Positions 8,793-19,647 are shown, counted from the first letter of the stretch. The stretch is 64,000 nucleotides of DNA from an uncultured Clostridium sp. (GCA_900553985.1 USFW01000001.1:11523-75522), one strand, 5' to 3'. Made by a program: numbers and translations. Notes: a model not told the origin generated them from the sequence alone.

Positions 8793-11018
8793 CATTATAT
8801 TGTCATAATCTTCATCATCTTCATATTTTACCCATTCTTCTGGTTTTGAATCTCTATCCTCTACTGGATTTCCTTCACTATCTGAGTCGTCTGTAATTGC
8901 TGCTTCATTTCTTATAATACCAATACCTGGGTCTGTTGCAACAACTTTTAATATTACTGAAACTTCTCTGTAATCTGGATTTCTATTATCTTTTTCATCA
9001 CTATATGGTTTAGATGAATCAAACGCTTTTATTAAATTTGCTCCTTTAGTTGTTATTTCTTCTCCTTTTCCTTTAGCTAAATAGTCTGTCGTAATTTTAG
9101 AAGAGTCTCCTTTAACATATGTCCATCCCATTTTTGTATTATATTCTACTGCTGCTAATTCCTCTTTATCAGTTATAGGATTCATATCTTTATCAATAGT
9201 TGCTCCTAAGAATTCTAATCCTTCTGGAATATCTTCTGTTATTTGAGAAGCATATCCATCAATTTCTCCTTCATTATATATTCTTAAAGTATATTTTACT
9301 AAATCACCTGTTTTTACAGAAACTGGTTCTTTATTTAATTGGTAATCTGCTGTTGTTGCAGTTCCATTTGCTAATTTAGTTATATCTACACCTTGTATTC
9401 TTTCTTTTACTTTCTTGTCATTTACTTCTACTATTCTTTTAACAAGTTTTAAATCAAAATCTTTCTTTTCTATTATTGTTTCTTTTTTTACTATTAGTTT
9501 CTCAAAGTCATCATCATCTTGCTCACCCTTGTAAAAATAATTTGAATCAGCTAATTCTGTTTTATTTTGAGAGCTACCTTTATAATTGTCCATATTATCT
9601 TTATTTACATTTGGAATTGTTGCAGGTTCTGAATCTCTATCTTTTCCAACTTGATTTGTAATTATTACATCATTTGCATCTACTTCTTCTGCTATATATG
9701 CTACATTTGTTAAAATTTTATCTTTTTCATCACTTGTAACCACTGCTTCTATTTCAATAGTTTCTGAATCTATTTTTCCTTTAGTATATGCTTTTAAGTT
9801 TTGTCTATTATCTTGTTTCTTTGTAAGTGTCAATGTATTTGTTTCTTCGTTATAGTCTACCTCATAACCTTGTGTATTTATTTTTGAATATTTTAACCCT
9901 GTTGGTAATTGATCAACTATTTTTGTTGCTCTTCCATCAACTTCACCTTCATTATATATAGTCAAATTATATGTAACAACTGTATCTTTTTTTACTTCTA
10001 TCGGATCTTTTCTGTGTTTATATGTTGCTGTTGTTCCATCTTCTAAAGTTTTTTCATCTATAACTGGTACTCTAGAACTTGTAACATTTACTCCATTTAT
10101 TTTTGTTATATATTTTCTTAAGGCTAAATCAAATTCTTGAGCTTGTCTTTCTATTTCCATTAATGGCTGCTCTTGATTGTTTTTACTTGATGCATATGAT
10201 GTTAATTGTGTTTTATAATTTCCATTTGGATCTGTATAATTATTAGCATTTTTATTTGCTGTATCTATTAAATATTTATATAATAATTCTGCTTGTTGTT
10301 GTTTTTGGAAACCTGCACTAGCATTTGGTACTGTATTTGTTGGATTATATTCACTAAAATTTTTATATGTGCTTCCATCTTCTGTATACCATAGCCAAGA
10401 TGTATTATCATATTTATCATATTTATTATTTTCTTCTCCATAATTAGTAAAATACCACATTGCTGCTTGTTGAATTGCTTTTATTTCATCATCTGATAAT
10501 TCAAATCCCCAAGCTTCTTTATATATTCCTGCATTTTCTAATAAAGCATTTTTTTCTGCTTCTGTTGAAACTCCTGGTAAATATACTAAATCAGCAAGTG
10601 CTAAAAGATTATTATAATGTCCACCATTGACAAGTTTATTTAATATATCATTTTGTTTTGCTATTTCCTCTCTTTCTGTATACATATCAAAACTTAAATT
10701 ATATTCTGCATTTTTCTTGACATCACTAAATCCAACTCCAGCTTTTACACAATATACGTTTACTTCTTTAGGATCATTAAAGTTACTGCTATTGTATTGA
10801 ACTATATTCCAAATTTTAGCTGCTGATCCAGTTACACCATTTGAGTTTGGATCTCCTATTGCATATCCTAAATTTGGTGTTGATAGTGTCCTTAATTCTG
10901 TTATTCCAAAATACAATGGTGGATTAAGTGTCATTGCTTTAGCTATATTAGGTAATAACATTAGTACTACTGTTATTAATGTTGATAAACTTGCTAATAA
11001 TACTCTTTTTAATTTCAT
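7551..11018 (-). CDS. Large cell-surface adhesin, paralogue B. Domain order: signal peptide, candidate thioester domain, four DUF11 modules, then the same SIETG sorting-signal-like C-terminus. It lacks the CnaB-type insert of paralogue A.
   Basis: The start at 11018 has an AAGGAG RBS 8 nt upstream. The signal peptide is MKLKRVLLASLSTLITVVLMLLPNIAKA. Motifs YCVKAGVGF and IKAIQQAAMWYFTNYGEE are present. The N-terminal ~470 aa are ~75% identical to paralogue A and the C-terminal ~410 aa are near-identical. Confidence 0.8.
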   Translation of the reverse strand: MKLKRVLLASLSTLITVVLMLLPNIAKAMTLNPPLYFGITELRTLSTPNLGYAIGDPNSNGVTGSAAKIWNIVQYNSSNFNDPKEVNVYCVKAGVGFSDVKKNAEYNLSFDMYTEREEIAKQNDILNKLVNGGHYNNLLALADLVYLPGVSTEAEKNALLENAGIYKEAWGFELSDDEIKAIQQAAMWYFTNYGEENNKYDKYDNTSWLWYTEDGSTYKNFSEYNPTNTVPNASAGFQKQQQAELLYKYLIDTANKNANNYTDPNGNYKTQLTSYASSKNNQEQPLMEIERQAQEFDLALRKYITKINGVNVTSSRVPVIDEKTLEDGTTATYKHRKDPIEVKKDTVVTYNLTIYNEGEVDGRATKIVDQLPTGLKYSKINTQGYEVDYNEETNTLTLTKKQDNRQNLKAYTKGKIDSETIEIEAVVTSDEKDKILTNVAYIAEEVDANDVIITNQVGKDRDSEPATIPNVNKDNMDNYKGSSQNKTELADSNYFYKGEQDDDDFEKLIVKKETIIEKKDFDLKLVKRIVEVNDKKVKERIQGVDITKLANGTATTADYQLNKEPVSVKTGDLVKYTLRIYNEGEIDGYASQITEDIPEGLEFLGATIDKDMNPITDKEELAAVEYNTKMGWTYVKGDSSKITTDYLAKGKGEEITTKGANLIKAFDSSKPYSDEKDNRNPDYREVSVILKVVATDPGIGIIRNEAAITDDSDSEGNPVEDRDSKPEEWVKYEDDEDYDNIMLQEFDLALRKFITNIDGKDVTTRVPEASYDKEKDKITYNHPKDPMDVVTGDIVTYTIRVYNEGDIDGYAQLVSDDIPDGLKFLPENETNVKYRWVMYDKEGKETENVEEAEKITTDYLSKEQEEKEGENLLKAFNKNEEISETNPDHRDIEVAFEVVEPNGSDKVIINSAQISEDSDKEGNPVEDKDSTPDKWVEGEDDQDKEYIKLRYFDLALRKWVTEAIVIEDGKQTVTQTGHTPDMDPEPVVKVELYRKDINQVTVKFRYSIRVTNEGDIAGYVKEITDYVPEGLKFVAEDNPYWKDEGNNIISTTKLENTLLQPGESADVEVLLTWINREDNMGLKTNIAEISKDYNDKGVPDRDSTPDNKKPGEDDIDDAPVILSIETGKAITYVGLGIVVLVTIAGGIFLIKKYVM

Positions 11019-11341
11019 ATTTTACACTCCTTTTAATCTATTTTACACTATTATTTTATTTAGTCAACATAGATTTCTCATCATTTTTTATATTAATTTT
11101 TTTCATATTATAATTCCTTACGGAATGCAAACTTTTGCATTTTCTCTTTATTTTTTTCACACATTACAATTATATTACATTTATATCTCAAAATCAAGCA
11201 TTTATGTAAATTATACGTGTTCTATCACTATTTCCCTACATTTTGATTATTTGCAATATCCATCAAAATATTTCTATAATTATCTCTAAAAACTTATCAT
11301 ACTTCCTTAAATTTTTTATATTATATATAAGAGGTATTTTT

Positions 11342-12622
11342 ATGAAAAAAAATAAAAAATTGTTAAAAATATTTATTATATTCATTTTCATTATTTTTAT
11401 ATTTACAAGTTCATTTGCAGATGATATTCCACTGCAAGAAGAAGATTTTGATATTGCATCATATCTAAGAACTAGTGATTATCTTGAAACTTCTTCTCCA
11501 ACTCAACAATTTCCATCAATAAATTCTAGAGCATATGTTGTACTTGATAGAAAAACTAATACAGTTTTAGTTGGAAAAAATGAATATTCAAGAAAAAAAA
11601 TGGCTTCCACTACTAAAATAATGACTGCAATAGTAATTATTGAAAATTATAATTTAAATGAAACAGTAACAATTAGTAAAAAAGCTTCCAACACTGGAGG
11701 ATCTAGATTAGGTTTAAAAACAGGAGATAAAATTACTGTAAATGATTTATTATATGGTTTGATGCTTCGCTCTGGAAACGATGCAGCAGTTGCATTAGCT
11801 GAGTATGCTTCTGGTTCTATTGAAAATTTTGCGGAATTAATGAATAAAAAAGCATTGGAATTAAATTTACTTAATACTAATTTTGTTACTCCTCACGGTT
11901 TAGATCAGGATGAACACTATACTACAGCATATGAGTTAGCATTGTTAACAAATTATGCTTTAAATAATAAAACTTTTGCTAAAATAGTTGGATCTAAAAC
12001 TTTTGCTATAACTATAAATGGATATTCAAAAGAACTTTCTAATACTAATGAATTATTAGGAAACTTTGATGGAATTTATGGAGTAAAAACAGGATTTACT
12101 AATGGTGCTAATCGTTGTTTAGTTACTGCTTGTAAACGAGATGATAAGGATATAATTTGTGTGGTTTTAGGTGCTGATACTAAAAAATTTAGAACTCAAG
12201 ATAGTATCAAACTTTTAAATTATGCATTAAATAATTTTACATATGTTGCTATTAATAAAATAATTGAAGATAAATTTAATAGATGGATTGAAAATAACAA
12301 TGAATATTTTAATGTTTATAAAGGAATTAATAATAATTTGAGTTTATCTTGCCCTAAATTACAATATGATAAAATTCCTGTTAAAATAGATCAAATTGAT
12401 AAGATTAATATTTCTATAAATTGTAATGGTAAGTTAATTGCACCTATCTACAAAAATTATGTGGTTGGAACTCTAACTGTTTTAGTGGATGATAAGATTC
12501 TTTATTCTTTGGATATTTGTAGTGAATGTTGTATTAATAAAAAAGATATGATTGATTATTTAAAAACCTTTTTTAAAAACTTTTCAACTTACATTAACTT
12601 AGAAAATTTATTTTTTAAATAA
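11342..12622 (+). CDS. dacB: Serine-type D-alanyl-D-alanine carboxypeptidase (PBP5/S11 family)
   Basis: Motifs SxxK (ASTTKIMTA), SGN (LRSGND) and KTG (VKTGFT) are present, with an N-terminal signal peptide. The likely start is the ATG at 11342 (MKKNKKLL...) with an AAGAGG RBS. The ORF track begins upstream at 11243 but has no RBS there. The gene symbol is by family resemblance only. Confidence 0.8.
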   Translation: MKKNKKLLKIFIIFIFIIFIFTSSFADDIPLQEEDFDIASYLRTSDYLETSSPTQQFPSINSRAYVVLDRKTNTVLVGKNEYSRKKMASTTKIMTAIVIIENYNLNETVTISKKASNTGGSRLGLKTGDKITVNDLLYGLMLRSGNDAAVALAEYASGSIENFAELMNKKALELNLLNTNFVTPHGLDQDEHYTTAYELALLTNYALNNKTFAKIVGSKTFAITINGYSKELSNTNELLGNFDGIYGVKTGFTNGANRCLVTACKRDDKDIICVVLGADTKKFRTQDSIKLLNYALNNFTYVAINKIIEDKFNRWIENNNEYFNVYKGINNNLSLSCPKLQYDKIPVKIDQIDKINISINCNGKLIAPIYKNYVVGTLTVLVDDKILYSLDICSECCINKKDMIDYLKTFFKNFSTYINLENLFFK

Positions 12623-12691
12623 TTTTAATATTAAGCTTATTTTAATTTTACATAAAAAGCTAAAAATTATATCCTGTTTCATATGTAATAA

Positions 12692-12734
12692 TAAAAAGGG
12701 ATTTAAAGAATAACATTTCCTTAATCCCTTTTTT
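12692..12734. terminator. Bidirectional terminator shared by convergent dac and acpP
   Basis: AAGGGATT ... AATCCCTT stem with T-runs on both strands. Confidence 0.6.
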
Positions 12735-12977
12735 CTATTTTACATTTTCTTTTATGTAGTCAACTACATCTCCTACTGTTACAACTTTTTCAGCATCACT
12801 ATCTGGAATTTCTATATCAAATTCTTCTTCTAATGCCATAACTAATTCAACTATATCTAATGAATCAGCTCCTAAATCATCTATGAAAGATGCTTCCATT
12901 GTTACAGCTGTATCAGCAACACCTAATTGTTCAACAATTATTCCTTTTACTTTTTCTAAAACTTCTTCTGAACTCAC
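12735..12977 (-). CDS. acpP: Acyl carrier protein
   Basis: 80 aa with the [25 protein letters not shown] phosphopantetheine-attachment motif (DSLD). Confidence 0.9.
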   Translation of the reverse strand: MSSEEVLEKVKGIIVEQLGVADTAVTMEASFIDDLGADSLDIVELVMALEEEFDIEIPDSDAEKVVTVGDVVDYIKENVK

Positions 12978-13004
12978 TTCTCGAGTTCACCTCCTCTCAA
13001 GTTT

Positions 13005-13093
13005 ATAAATGATATATTCATTTGTTTTTTAGTAACTAAACTTTTAATTAAATACTAAAACTAAAATAAAGTTACAAATGATATATTCATTTG
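13005..13093. promoter_or_regulatory. Two copies of a 19-bp near-palindrome (cAAATGAtatatTCATTTg), ~70 bp apart, in the 303-bp plsX-acpP spacer
   Basis: Copy at 13005-13024 and copy at 13075-13093. Each has 7-bp perfect inverted arms AAATGA(n5)TCATTT embedded in a ~30-bp direct repeat (aagtttataaatgatatattcatttg / aagttacaaatgatatattcatttg). It is a candidate operator upstream of acpP. Confidence 0.4.
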
Positions 13094-13280
13094 ATTTCTT
13101 TCATATATATGTTCATTTATATTATATGATTACTATTTTGTCAAGTAAATTACTAAAATATTTTATATTTGTACTGTTAAGTCATATTTATATGAATTAT
13201 ATTAAATTTATAAAGCTATTATAAATTTAAAGTTTTACTTTTTATTCAAAATAACTAATTTTTAATTATTCCTATATAAA

Positions 13281-14339
13281 CTAATTTTTGTTAATCTCTT
13301 CTTTATCTCTTTGTTTTTCAAATTCTTCTATCATTTTATCAACAGCTTTATTTTCCACAAATTTTTCTGCTTGTATTAATGTGTATTCAAATAATAAACT
13401 ATCACTACTTCCATGTGCTTTAACAACTGGTTTTTTTACACCTAAAAATAAAGCTCCACCATATGATTTGTAATCCATAACCTTGCTAAATCTTTTAATT
13501 GCTGGAAGTGCTGGTATTGACAATATTTTTGATAATAAATTTTTGGTAAAACTCTCTGTTAATGATCTCTTTACAAACTTTCCTAATCCTTCTGTAGTCT
13601 TTAAAAACACATTTCCTGTAAATCCATCTGTTACTATTGCATTTATTTTTCCTGAAAAAGCATCTCTTCCTTCCACATTTCCTACAAAATTTATATCTAA
13701 TTCTTCTGATTTTTCTTTTAGCAATTTATAACTTTCTTTTACTAATTCATTACCTTTAGTTTCTTCTGTTCCTATGTTTAATAATCCTATTGTAGGTTTT
13801 TCAATTCCATATGTATTCTTTAAATATATGCTTGACATTTGTGCAAATTGTAAAAGGTTTATTGGCTTACAATTTGTATTAGAACCTGCATCTATTAATA
13901 ATAATTGACTTTTATATGCTGGTAATATTCCTGCTAATGCTGGTCTATCTATTCCTTTTATTCTTCCTACTAAAAGTGTTGCCCCTGTCAATAAAGCTCC
14001 TGAATTTCCTGCTGAAATAAAAACATCTCCTTCTCCTTCTTTAAGCATTTTAAATCCCACAACCATTGAAGAATCTTTTTTATGCTTAATTGCAACAGTT
14101 GGAGTATCTGTCATCTCTATTGTTTCAGTAGCATTTCTTATCTTTAACCTATCAGAAACTTCTTCTATTTCTTTCCCTGTAAATTCTTTTATTTTCTTCC
14201 TAATTATTTCTTCTTTACCAATTAAAATAACTTCTGCCTTTATTTTATTTATAGCATTTAATGCCCCTTTGATATTTGCATCAGGTGCATTATCTCCCCC
14301 CATAGCATCTAATAAAATTTTCACTTTAAATTCCTCCAT
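13281..14339 (-). CDS. plsX: Phosphate acyltransferase PlsX
   Basis: N-terminal KILLDAMGGDNAPD motif and full-length similarity to PlsX. Confidence 0.9.
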   Translation of the reverse strand: MEEFKVKILLDAMGGDNAPDANIKGALNAINKIKAEVILIGKEEIIRKKIKEFTGKEIEEVSDRLKIRNATETIEMTDTPTVAIKHKKDSSMVVGFKMLKEGEGDVFISAGNSGALLTGATLLVGRIKGIDRPALAGILPAYKSQLLLIDAGSNTNCKPINLLQFAQMSSIYLKNTYGIEKPTIGLLNIGTEETKGNELVKESYKLLKEKSEELDINFVGNVEGRDAFSGKINAIVTDGFTGNVFLKTTEGLGKFVKRSLTESFTKNLLSKILSIPALPAIKRFSKVMDYKSYGGALFLGVKKPVVKAHGSSDSLLFEYTLIQAEKFVENKAVDKMIEEFEKQRDKEEINKN

Positions 14340-14410
14340 ATCGCTTTAATATATTATATATTAACATTACTATTTTATTATTCTTTTCTTAAAAAATCAA
14401 GCTTTTTTTA

Positions 14411-14496
14411 ATGATTTTGGGGTCGGAGACAAAAATCATTTTCAACTACTCACATGATTTTTGTCTCCGACCCCAAAATCACGACCCCAAAATCAT
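14411..14496. repeat. Copy 4 of the palindromic element: two full units in inverted orientation separated by a 14-nt spacer, plus an extra half unit. Predicted to form a ~29-bp-stem hairpin.
   Basis: ATGATTTTGGGGTCGGAGACAAAAATCAT - tttcaactactcac - ATGATTTTTGTCTCCGACCCCAAAATCA - cgaccccaaaatcat. It lies between plsX and the tuf terminator. Confidence 0.8.
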
Positions 14497-14500
14497 TAAA

Positions 14501-14550
14501 ATCAAAAAAATAGCAAGATTGCTACAAATAATGTAACTCTTGCTATTTTT
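14501..14550 (-). terminator. Rho-independent terminator of tuf
   Basis: ATAGCAAG ... CTTGCTAT stem followed by U7 on the minus strand, immediately downstream of the tuf stop. Confidence 0.65.
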
Positions 14551-14557
14551 TTATTTA

Positions 14558-15760
14558 TTATTCAATTATATCAGCTACAACTCCTGAACCAACTGTTCTA
14601 CCACCTTCACGAATAGCGAATCTTAATCCTTTTTCGATAGCGATAGGTGTAATTAATTCGATTGTCATTGATACGTTATCTCCAGGCATAACCATTTCTG
14701 TTCCAGCAGGTAATTCGATAACACCTGTAACGTCTGTTGTTCTGAAATAGAATTGTGGTCTGTATCCGTTGAAGAATGGAGTATGTCTTCCACCTTCATC
14801 TTTTGTTAAAACGTATACTTCTGATGTGAATTTTGTATGTGGATTTATTGATCCTGGTTTACATAGAACTTGACCTCTTTCGATGTCTTTTCTATCTACA
14901 CCTCTTAATAATGCTCCTATATTATCTCCAGCTTCAGCTTGGTCTAATAATTTTCTGAACATTTCTACACCTGTAACAACAGTTTTTCTTCTTTCTGATG
15001 TAAGACCGATGATTTCAACTTCATCTTGTAATTTAACTTCTCCTCTTTCTACTCTACCTGTTGCAACTGTTCCACGTCCTGTAATTGTGAATACGTCTTC
15101 AACTGGCATTAAGAATGGTTGGTCAATTGGTCTTTCTGGTGTTGGTATATAACTATCAACATATTCCATTAATTCTTTCATTGGTTTGTAAACTTCGTCA
15201 TCTGGATTTGTTGATGTACTTTCTAATACTTGTAATGAAGATCCTTTTACTACTGGAATATCATCTCCTGGGAAACCATATTCTGATAATAAGTCTCTAA
15301 CTTCCATTTCAACTAATTCTAATAATTCTGGGTCATCAACCATATCACATTTGTTTAAGTAAACAACAATATATTTAACTCCAACTTGTCTAGCAAGTAA
15401 GATGTGTTCTCTTGTTTGAGGCATTGGACCATCAGCTGCTGAAACAACTAATATAGCTCCATCCATTTGAGCAGCACCTGTAATCATGTTTTTAACATAG
15501 TCAGCATGTCCTGGACAGTCAACGTGTGCATAGTGTCTGTTGTCTGTTTCATATTCAACGTGAGCTGTGTTAATTGTGATTCCTCTTTCTCTTTCTTCTG
15601 GTGCTCCATCGATTGCATCATATGCTTCGAATTTAGCTTTTCCTAATAATGATAAGTATTTAGTAATAGCTGCTGTTGTTGTTGTTTTACCATGGTCAAC
15701 GTGTCCGATTGTACCGATGTTAACGTGTGGCTTTGTTCTTTCAAATTTTGCTTTTGCCAT
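14558..15760 (-). CDS. tuf: Elongation factor Tu
   Basis: [17 protein letters not shown] and NKCD GTPase motifs; full-length EF-Tu. Confidence 0.97.
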   Translation of the reverse strand: MAKAKFERTKPHVNIGTIGHVDHGKTTTTAAITKYLSLLGKAKFEAYDAIDGAPEERERGITINTAHVEYETDNRHYAHVDCPGHADYVKNMITGAAQMDGAILVVSAADGPMPQTREHILLARQVGVKYIVVYLNKCDMVDDPELLELVEMEVRDLLSEYGFPGDDIPVVKGSSLQVLESTSTNPDDEVYKPMKELMEYVDSYIPTPERPIDQPFLMPVEDVFTITGRGTVATGRVERGEVKLQDEVEIIGLTSERRKTVVTGVEMFRKLLDQAEAGDNIGALLRGVDRKDIERGQVLCKPGSINPHTKFTSEVYVLTKDEGGRHTPFFNGYRPQFYFRTTDVTGVIELPAGTEMVMPGDNVSMTIELITPIAIEKGLRFAIREGGRTVGSGVVADIIE

Positions 15761-15864
15761 TTTATAATTCCTCCTTTTTATTTTGAGTTAGACTTTATGT
15801 CTTCTCTCATTTTTATATAATTTAAATTTAATGACTTAAATTCTTTTAGTATTAGCATTTTATA

Positions 15865-15904
15865 ACATTTTATAGAAAAAATCAATACTTTTTCTATAAA
15901 ATGT
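15865..15904. promoter_or_regulatory. Perfect 16-bp inverted repeat (ACATTTTATAGAAAAA-n8-TTTTTCTATAAAATGT) in the fusA-tuf spacer, overlapping a candidate sigma-A promoter for tuf
   Basis: On the minus strand TTGATT(17 nt)TAAAAT can be read with the -35 element inside the hairpin loop. The stem is AT-only, so it is thermodynamically weak. Confidence 0.35.
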
Positions 15905-15966
15905 ATAATATGCAAAATTCACTATAATTATTACTATTATTAGATTTTTTTAATCAAAATCTTATT

Positions 15967-18048
15967 TTAGTCTTTTTTAGCTCTTGAAGCAACGATTTGT
16001 TCAAATACTGATTTTGGAACTTCTTCATAATGAGATGGTTCCATAGAGTATGTTCCTCTACCTTGAGTTTTTGAACGTAAGTCAGTTGCATAACCAAACA
16101 TTTCTGAAAGTGGTATAAATGCATGGATTTCTTGCATTCCATCATTTCCATCCATACCTTCCATTCTACCTCTTCTTGAGTTTACATCTCCAATAACATC
16201 TCCCATATATTCTTCTGGAACTGTTATTTCAACTTTCATGATTGGTTCTAATATAACTGATTTAGCTTGTTTACAACCTTCTTTGAAAGCCATAGATGCA
16301 GCAATTTTGAATGCCATTTCTGAAGAGTCAACTTCATGGTATGAACCATCTACTAATGTAGCTTTAAAGTCTATAACTGGGTATCCAGCTAAGATTCCGC
16401 TTTCAGCTGCTTCTCTCATTCCTTGTTCAATTGGTTTAACATATTCTTTTGGAACAGCTCCACCAACTATTTTGCTTTCAAATTCTATTCCTTTACCTGG
16501 CTCTAATGGTTCCATTTCAAACCAAACATCACCATATTGTCCTTTACCACCAGATTGACGGATGAATTTTCCTTGAACTTTAACTTTATTTCTAATTGTT
16601 TCTTTGTAAGCAACTTGTGGTTTACCTACATTACATTCTACTTTGAATTCTCTTTTTAATCTATCAACGATGATATCTAAGTGTAATTCACCCATACCAG
16701 CAATGATAGTTTGTCCTGTTTCATGGTTTGTATATGTTTTGAATGTTGGATCTTCTTCAGCTAATTTTGCTAAAGCAATACCCATTTTTTCTTGAGCTAC
16801 TTTGTCTTTTGGCTCAATAGCTATATCAATAACAGGCTCTGGGAATTCCATTGATTCTAGTATAACTGGTGCATTCATATCACATAATGTATCTCCAGTT
16901 GTTACTTCTTTTAATCCTACAGCTGCTGCAATATCACCAGCATAAACTTTTTCTATGTCTTCTCTATGATTTGAGTGCATTTGTAGAATTCTTCCTATTC
17001 TTTCTTTCTTTCCTTTATTAGCGTTTAATACAGTTGAACCAGATTCTAGAACTCCTGAATAAACTCTAAAGAAACATAGTTTTCCAACAAATGGGTCTGT
17101 TGCAATTTTAAATGCTAATGCTGAGAATGGTTCTGAATCAGAAGTTTTTCTTTCTACTTCATTTCCATCTTCATCAACACCTTTGATATGAGGTATATCA
17201 AGTGGTGATGGCATATAATCTACGATTGCATTTAATAATTCTTGAACACCTTTATTTTTATATGAAGAACCACAACATACTGTAACTATTTTATTTGCAA
17301 GAGTTCCTTTACGAAGACCTGATTTAATTTCGTCTTCTGTTAATTCTTCTCCTTCTAAATATTTCATCATTAATTCTTCATCTTGTTCAGCAACAGATTC
17401 AATCATCTTTTCTCTGTATTCTTGAGCCATTTCTTTCATATCTTCAGGAATATCTGTTTCTTCAATTTCTTTTCCTAAATCATCTTTATGAATAAATGCT
17501 TTCATTTTGATTAAGTCAACTATTCCTAAGAAATGATCTTCTGCACCAATTGGTAATTGGATTGGAACAGCATTTGCTCTTAATCTATTTTTTAATTGGT
17601 CAACACAAAGTAAGAAGTTTGCTCCTGTTACGTCCATTTTATTTACATATACCATTCTTGGAACTTGGTATTTATCAGCTTGTCTCCAAACTGTTTCTGT
17701 TTGTGGTTGAACTCCACCTTTAGCAGCTAATACTGTAACTGCACCATCAAGAACTCTTAAAGATCTTTGTACTTCTACTGTAAAGTCAACGTGTCCAGGA
17801 GTATCAATAATATTAATTCTATTGTTATTCCAGAAACATGTTGTAGCAGCTGAAGTAATTGTTATACCTCTTTCTTGCTCTTGTGCCATCCAGTCCATTG
17901 TTGCTGCACCTTCGTGAGTTTCTCCTATTTTATGAACTTTACCTGTATAGAATAAAATTCTTTCTGTTGTAGTTGTTTTACCAGCATCTATGTGAGCCAT
18001 GATACCGATATTTCTAGTTCTCTCTAATGGATAAGCTCTTCCTGCCAT
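15967..18048 (-). CDS. fusA: Elongation factor G
   Basis: N-terminal [14 protein letters not shown] and full-length EF-G. The start is taken at the ATG at 18048, with GAGAGGGGG 8 nt upstream; the ORF track adds one TTG codon. Confidence 0.97.
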   Translation of the reverse strand: MAGRAYPLERTRNIGIMAHIDAGKTTTTERILFYTGKVHKIGETHEGAATMDWMAQEQERGITITSAATTCFWNNNRINIIDTPGHVDFTVEVQRSLRVLDGAVTVLAAKGGVQPQTETVWRQADKYQVPRMVYVNKMDVTGANFLLCVDQLKNRLRANAVPIQLPIGAEDHFLGIVDLIKMKAFIHKDDLGKEIEETDIPEDMKEMAQEYREKMIESVAEQDEELMMKYLEGEELTEDEIKSGLRKGTLANKIVTVCCGSSYKNKGVQELLNAIVDYMPSPLDIPHIKGVDEDGNEVERKTSDSEPFSALAFKIATDPFVGKLCFFRVYSGVLESGSTVLNANKGKKERIGRILQMHSNHREDIEKVYAGDIAAAVGLKEVTTGDTLCDMNAPVILESMEFPEPVIDIAIEPKDKVAQEKMGIALAKLAEEDPTFKTYTNHETGQTIIAGMGELHLDIIVDRLKREFKVECNVGKPQVAYKETIRNKVKVQGKFIRQSGGKGQYGDVWFEMEPLEPGKGIEFESKIVGGAVPKEYVKPIEQGMREAAESGILAGYPVIDFKATLVDGSYHEVDSSEMAFKIAASMAFKEGCKQAKSVILEPIMKVEITVPEEYMGDVIGDVNSRRGRMEGMDGNDGMQEIHAFIPLSEMFGYATDLRSKTQGRGTYSMEPSHYEEVPKSVFEQIVASRAKKD

Positions 18049-18066
18049 CAAAATTTCCCCCTCTCG

Positions 18067-18205
18067 GATAATTCATTTTTCTAAAAATTTTCATTAAAAG
18101 TGATAAGATGTGCATTTTTGATATTTACAGCAAGTTGAAGGCGTACGAGGGTACGTCGAAAGTTGATGTAAATATCGAAAATGTGCAGATTATTGCTTTT
18201 AATAC
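18067..18205 (-). repeat. Structured ~135-nt repeat unit, copy 1, in the rpsG-fusA spacer
   Basis: A long imperfect hairpin, TGTGCATTTTTGATATTTACA ... TGTAAATATCGAAAATGTGCA, encloses the GC-rich palindromic core GAAGGCGTACGAGGGTACGTCGAAAG. The unit is tandemly duplicated (copy 2 follows immediately). Confidence 0.7.
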
Positions 18206-18340
18206 TAATTTTTTCTTAAATTTTGATTAAAAATAGTAAGATGTGCATTTTTGATACTTTCAGCAAGTTGAAGGCGTACAAGGGTACGTCGAAAGTTGAT
18301 GAAAGTATCTAAAATGTGCAGATTGCTGTTTTTAATCGAA
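18206..18340 (-). repeat. Structured ~135-nt repeat unit, copy 2 (tandem to copy 1)
   Basis: Same architecture as copy 1. Stem positions differ from copy 1 by compensatory changes (GATATTTACA/TGTAAATATC versus GATACTTTCA/TGAAAGTATC). Flanking sequence is also duplicated. Confidence 0.7.
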
Positions 18341-18343
18341 ATT

Positions 18344-18832
<489 letters not shown>

Positions 18833-18984
18833 TTATTTAAATTATTAATGCTTCATAAAAGCATTTCGGTACTCTGAAAAGTTTTACTTTTGTTTACTTT
18901 TCCGCATAGTGCTTTATAATCTATCTAAATTTAAGTACCTTAAGTTTAGTAAGAGTACAAGCACTAACTTTATTTGCTAAATTC

Positions 18985-19110
18985 CTATCTCAAAAAAATT
19001 GAATAAATTAGGTATATTGTGCAATTTTGATATTGGTTTCAAGCTGAAGGCATACGAGTGTACGTTGAAGTTTGAAAGCAATAGCGAAATTGTGCAAGAT
19101 GCCTGATTTA
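18985..19110 (-). repeat. Structured repeat unit, copy 3 (diverged), in the rpsL-rpsG spacer
   Basis: TGTGCAATTTTGATATT...CAAGCTGAAGGCATACGAGTGTACGTTGAAG...GAAATTGTGCAAGAT has the same arm and core arrangement as copies 1 and 2 with G-U-compatible substitutions. The rpsL-rpsG spacer is unusually long at 305 bp. Confidence 0.6.
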
Positions 19111-19119
19111 GTCGATTTT

Positions 19120-19533
19120 TTATTTTTTAGGTTTTTTAGCTCCATATTTAGAACGAGCTTGCATTCTATCTTTAACACCAGCTGTATCTAATGTTCCTCT
19201 TATGATATGGTATCTAACTCCTGGAAGGTCTTTTACCCTACCACCTCTTATTAATACAACACTGTGTTCTTGTAGGTTATGTCCTATACCTGGGATATAA
19301 GATGTTACTTCATAACCATTTGAAAGTCTAACTCTGGCTACTTTTCTTAAAGCTGAGTTTGGCTTTTTAGGTGTAACTGTTTTAACAACTGTACATACTC
19401 CTCTTTTTTGTGGAGCTCTGTTGTTTGTTAATCTCTTATTTTTTGAGTTCCATCCATGTTGTAAAGCTGGAGATTTTGATTTTGTTACTCCTGTTTGTCT
19501 TCCTTTTCTTACTAATTGATTAATTGTTGGCAC
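19120..19533 (-). CDS. rpsL: 30S ribosomal protein S12
   Basis: 137 aa, [13 protein letters not shown]...; full-length S12. Confidence 0.97.
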   Translation of the reverse strand: MPTINQLVRKGRQTGVTKSKSPALQHGWNSKNKRLTNNRAPQKRGVCTVVKTVTPKKPNSALRKVARVRLSNGYEVTSYIPGIGHNLQEHSVVLIRGGRVKDLPGVRYHIIRGTLDTAGVKDRMQARSKYGAKKPKK

Positions 19534-19618
19534 TTAAATTTCACCTCCTATTTTTATTTTAAAATTAATATATTGTTACAGAGTTACACATTTCATGTAT
19601 CCTATCGTAACATTATAT

Positions 19619-19647
19619 ATTTTAGCATCTTTTGGTAAATAAGTCAA
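19619..19647 (-). promoter_or_regulatory. Candidate sigma-A promoter for the str operon: TTGACT - 17 nt - TAAAAT with an upstream TGc extended -10
   Basis: On the minus strand the -35 is at 19642-19647 and the -10 at 19619-19624, ~85 nt upstream of the rpsL ATG. Confidence 0.4.
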
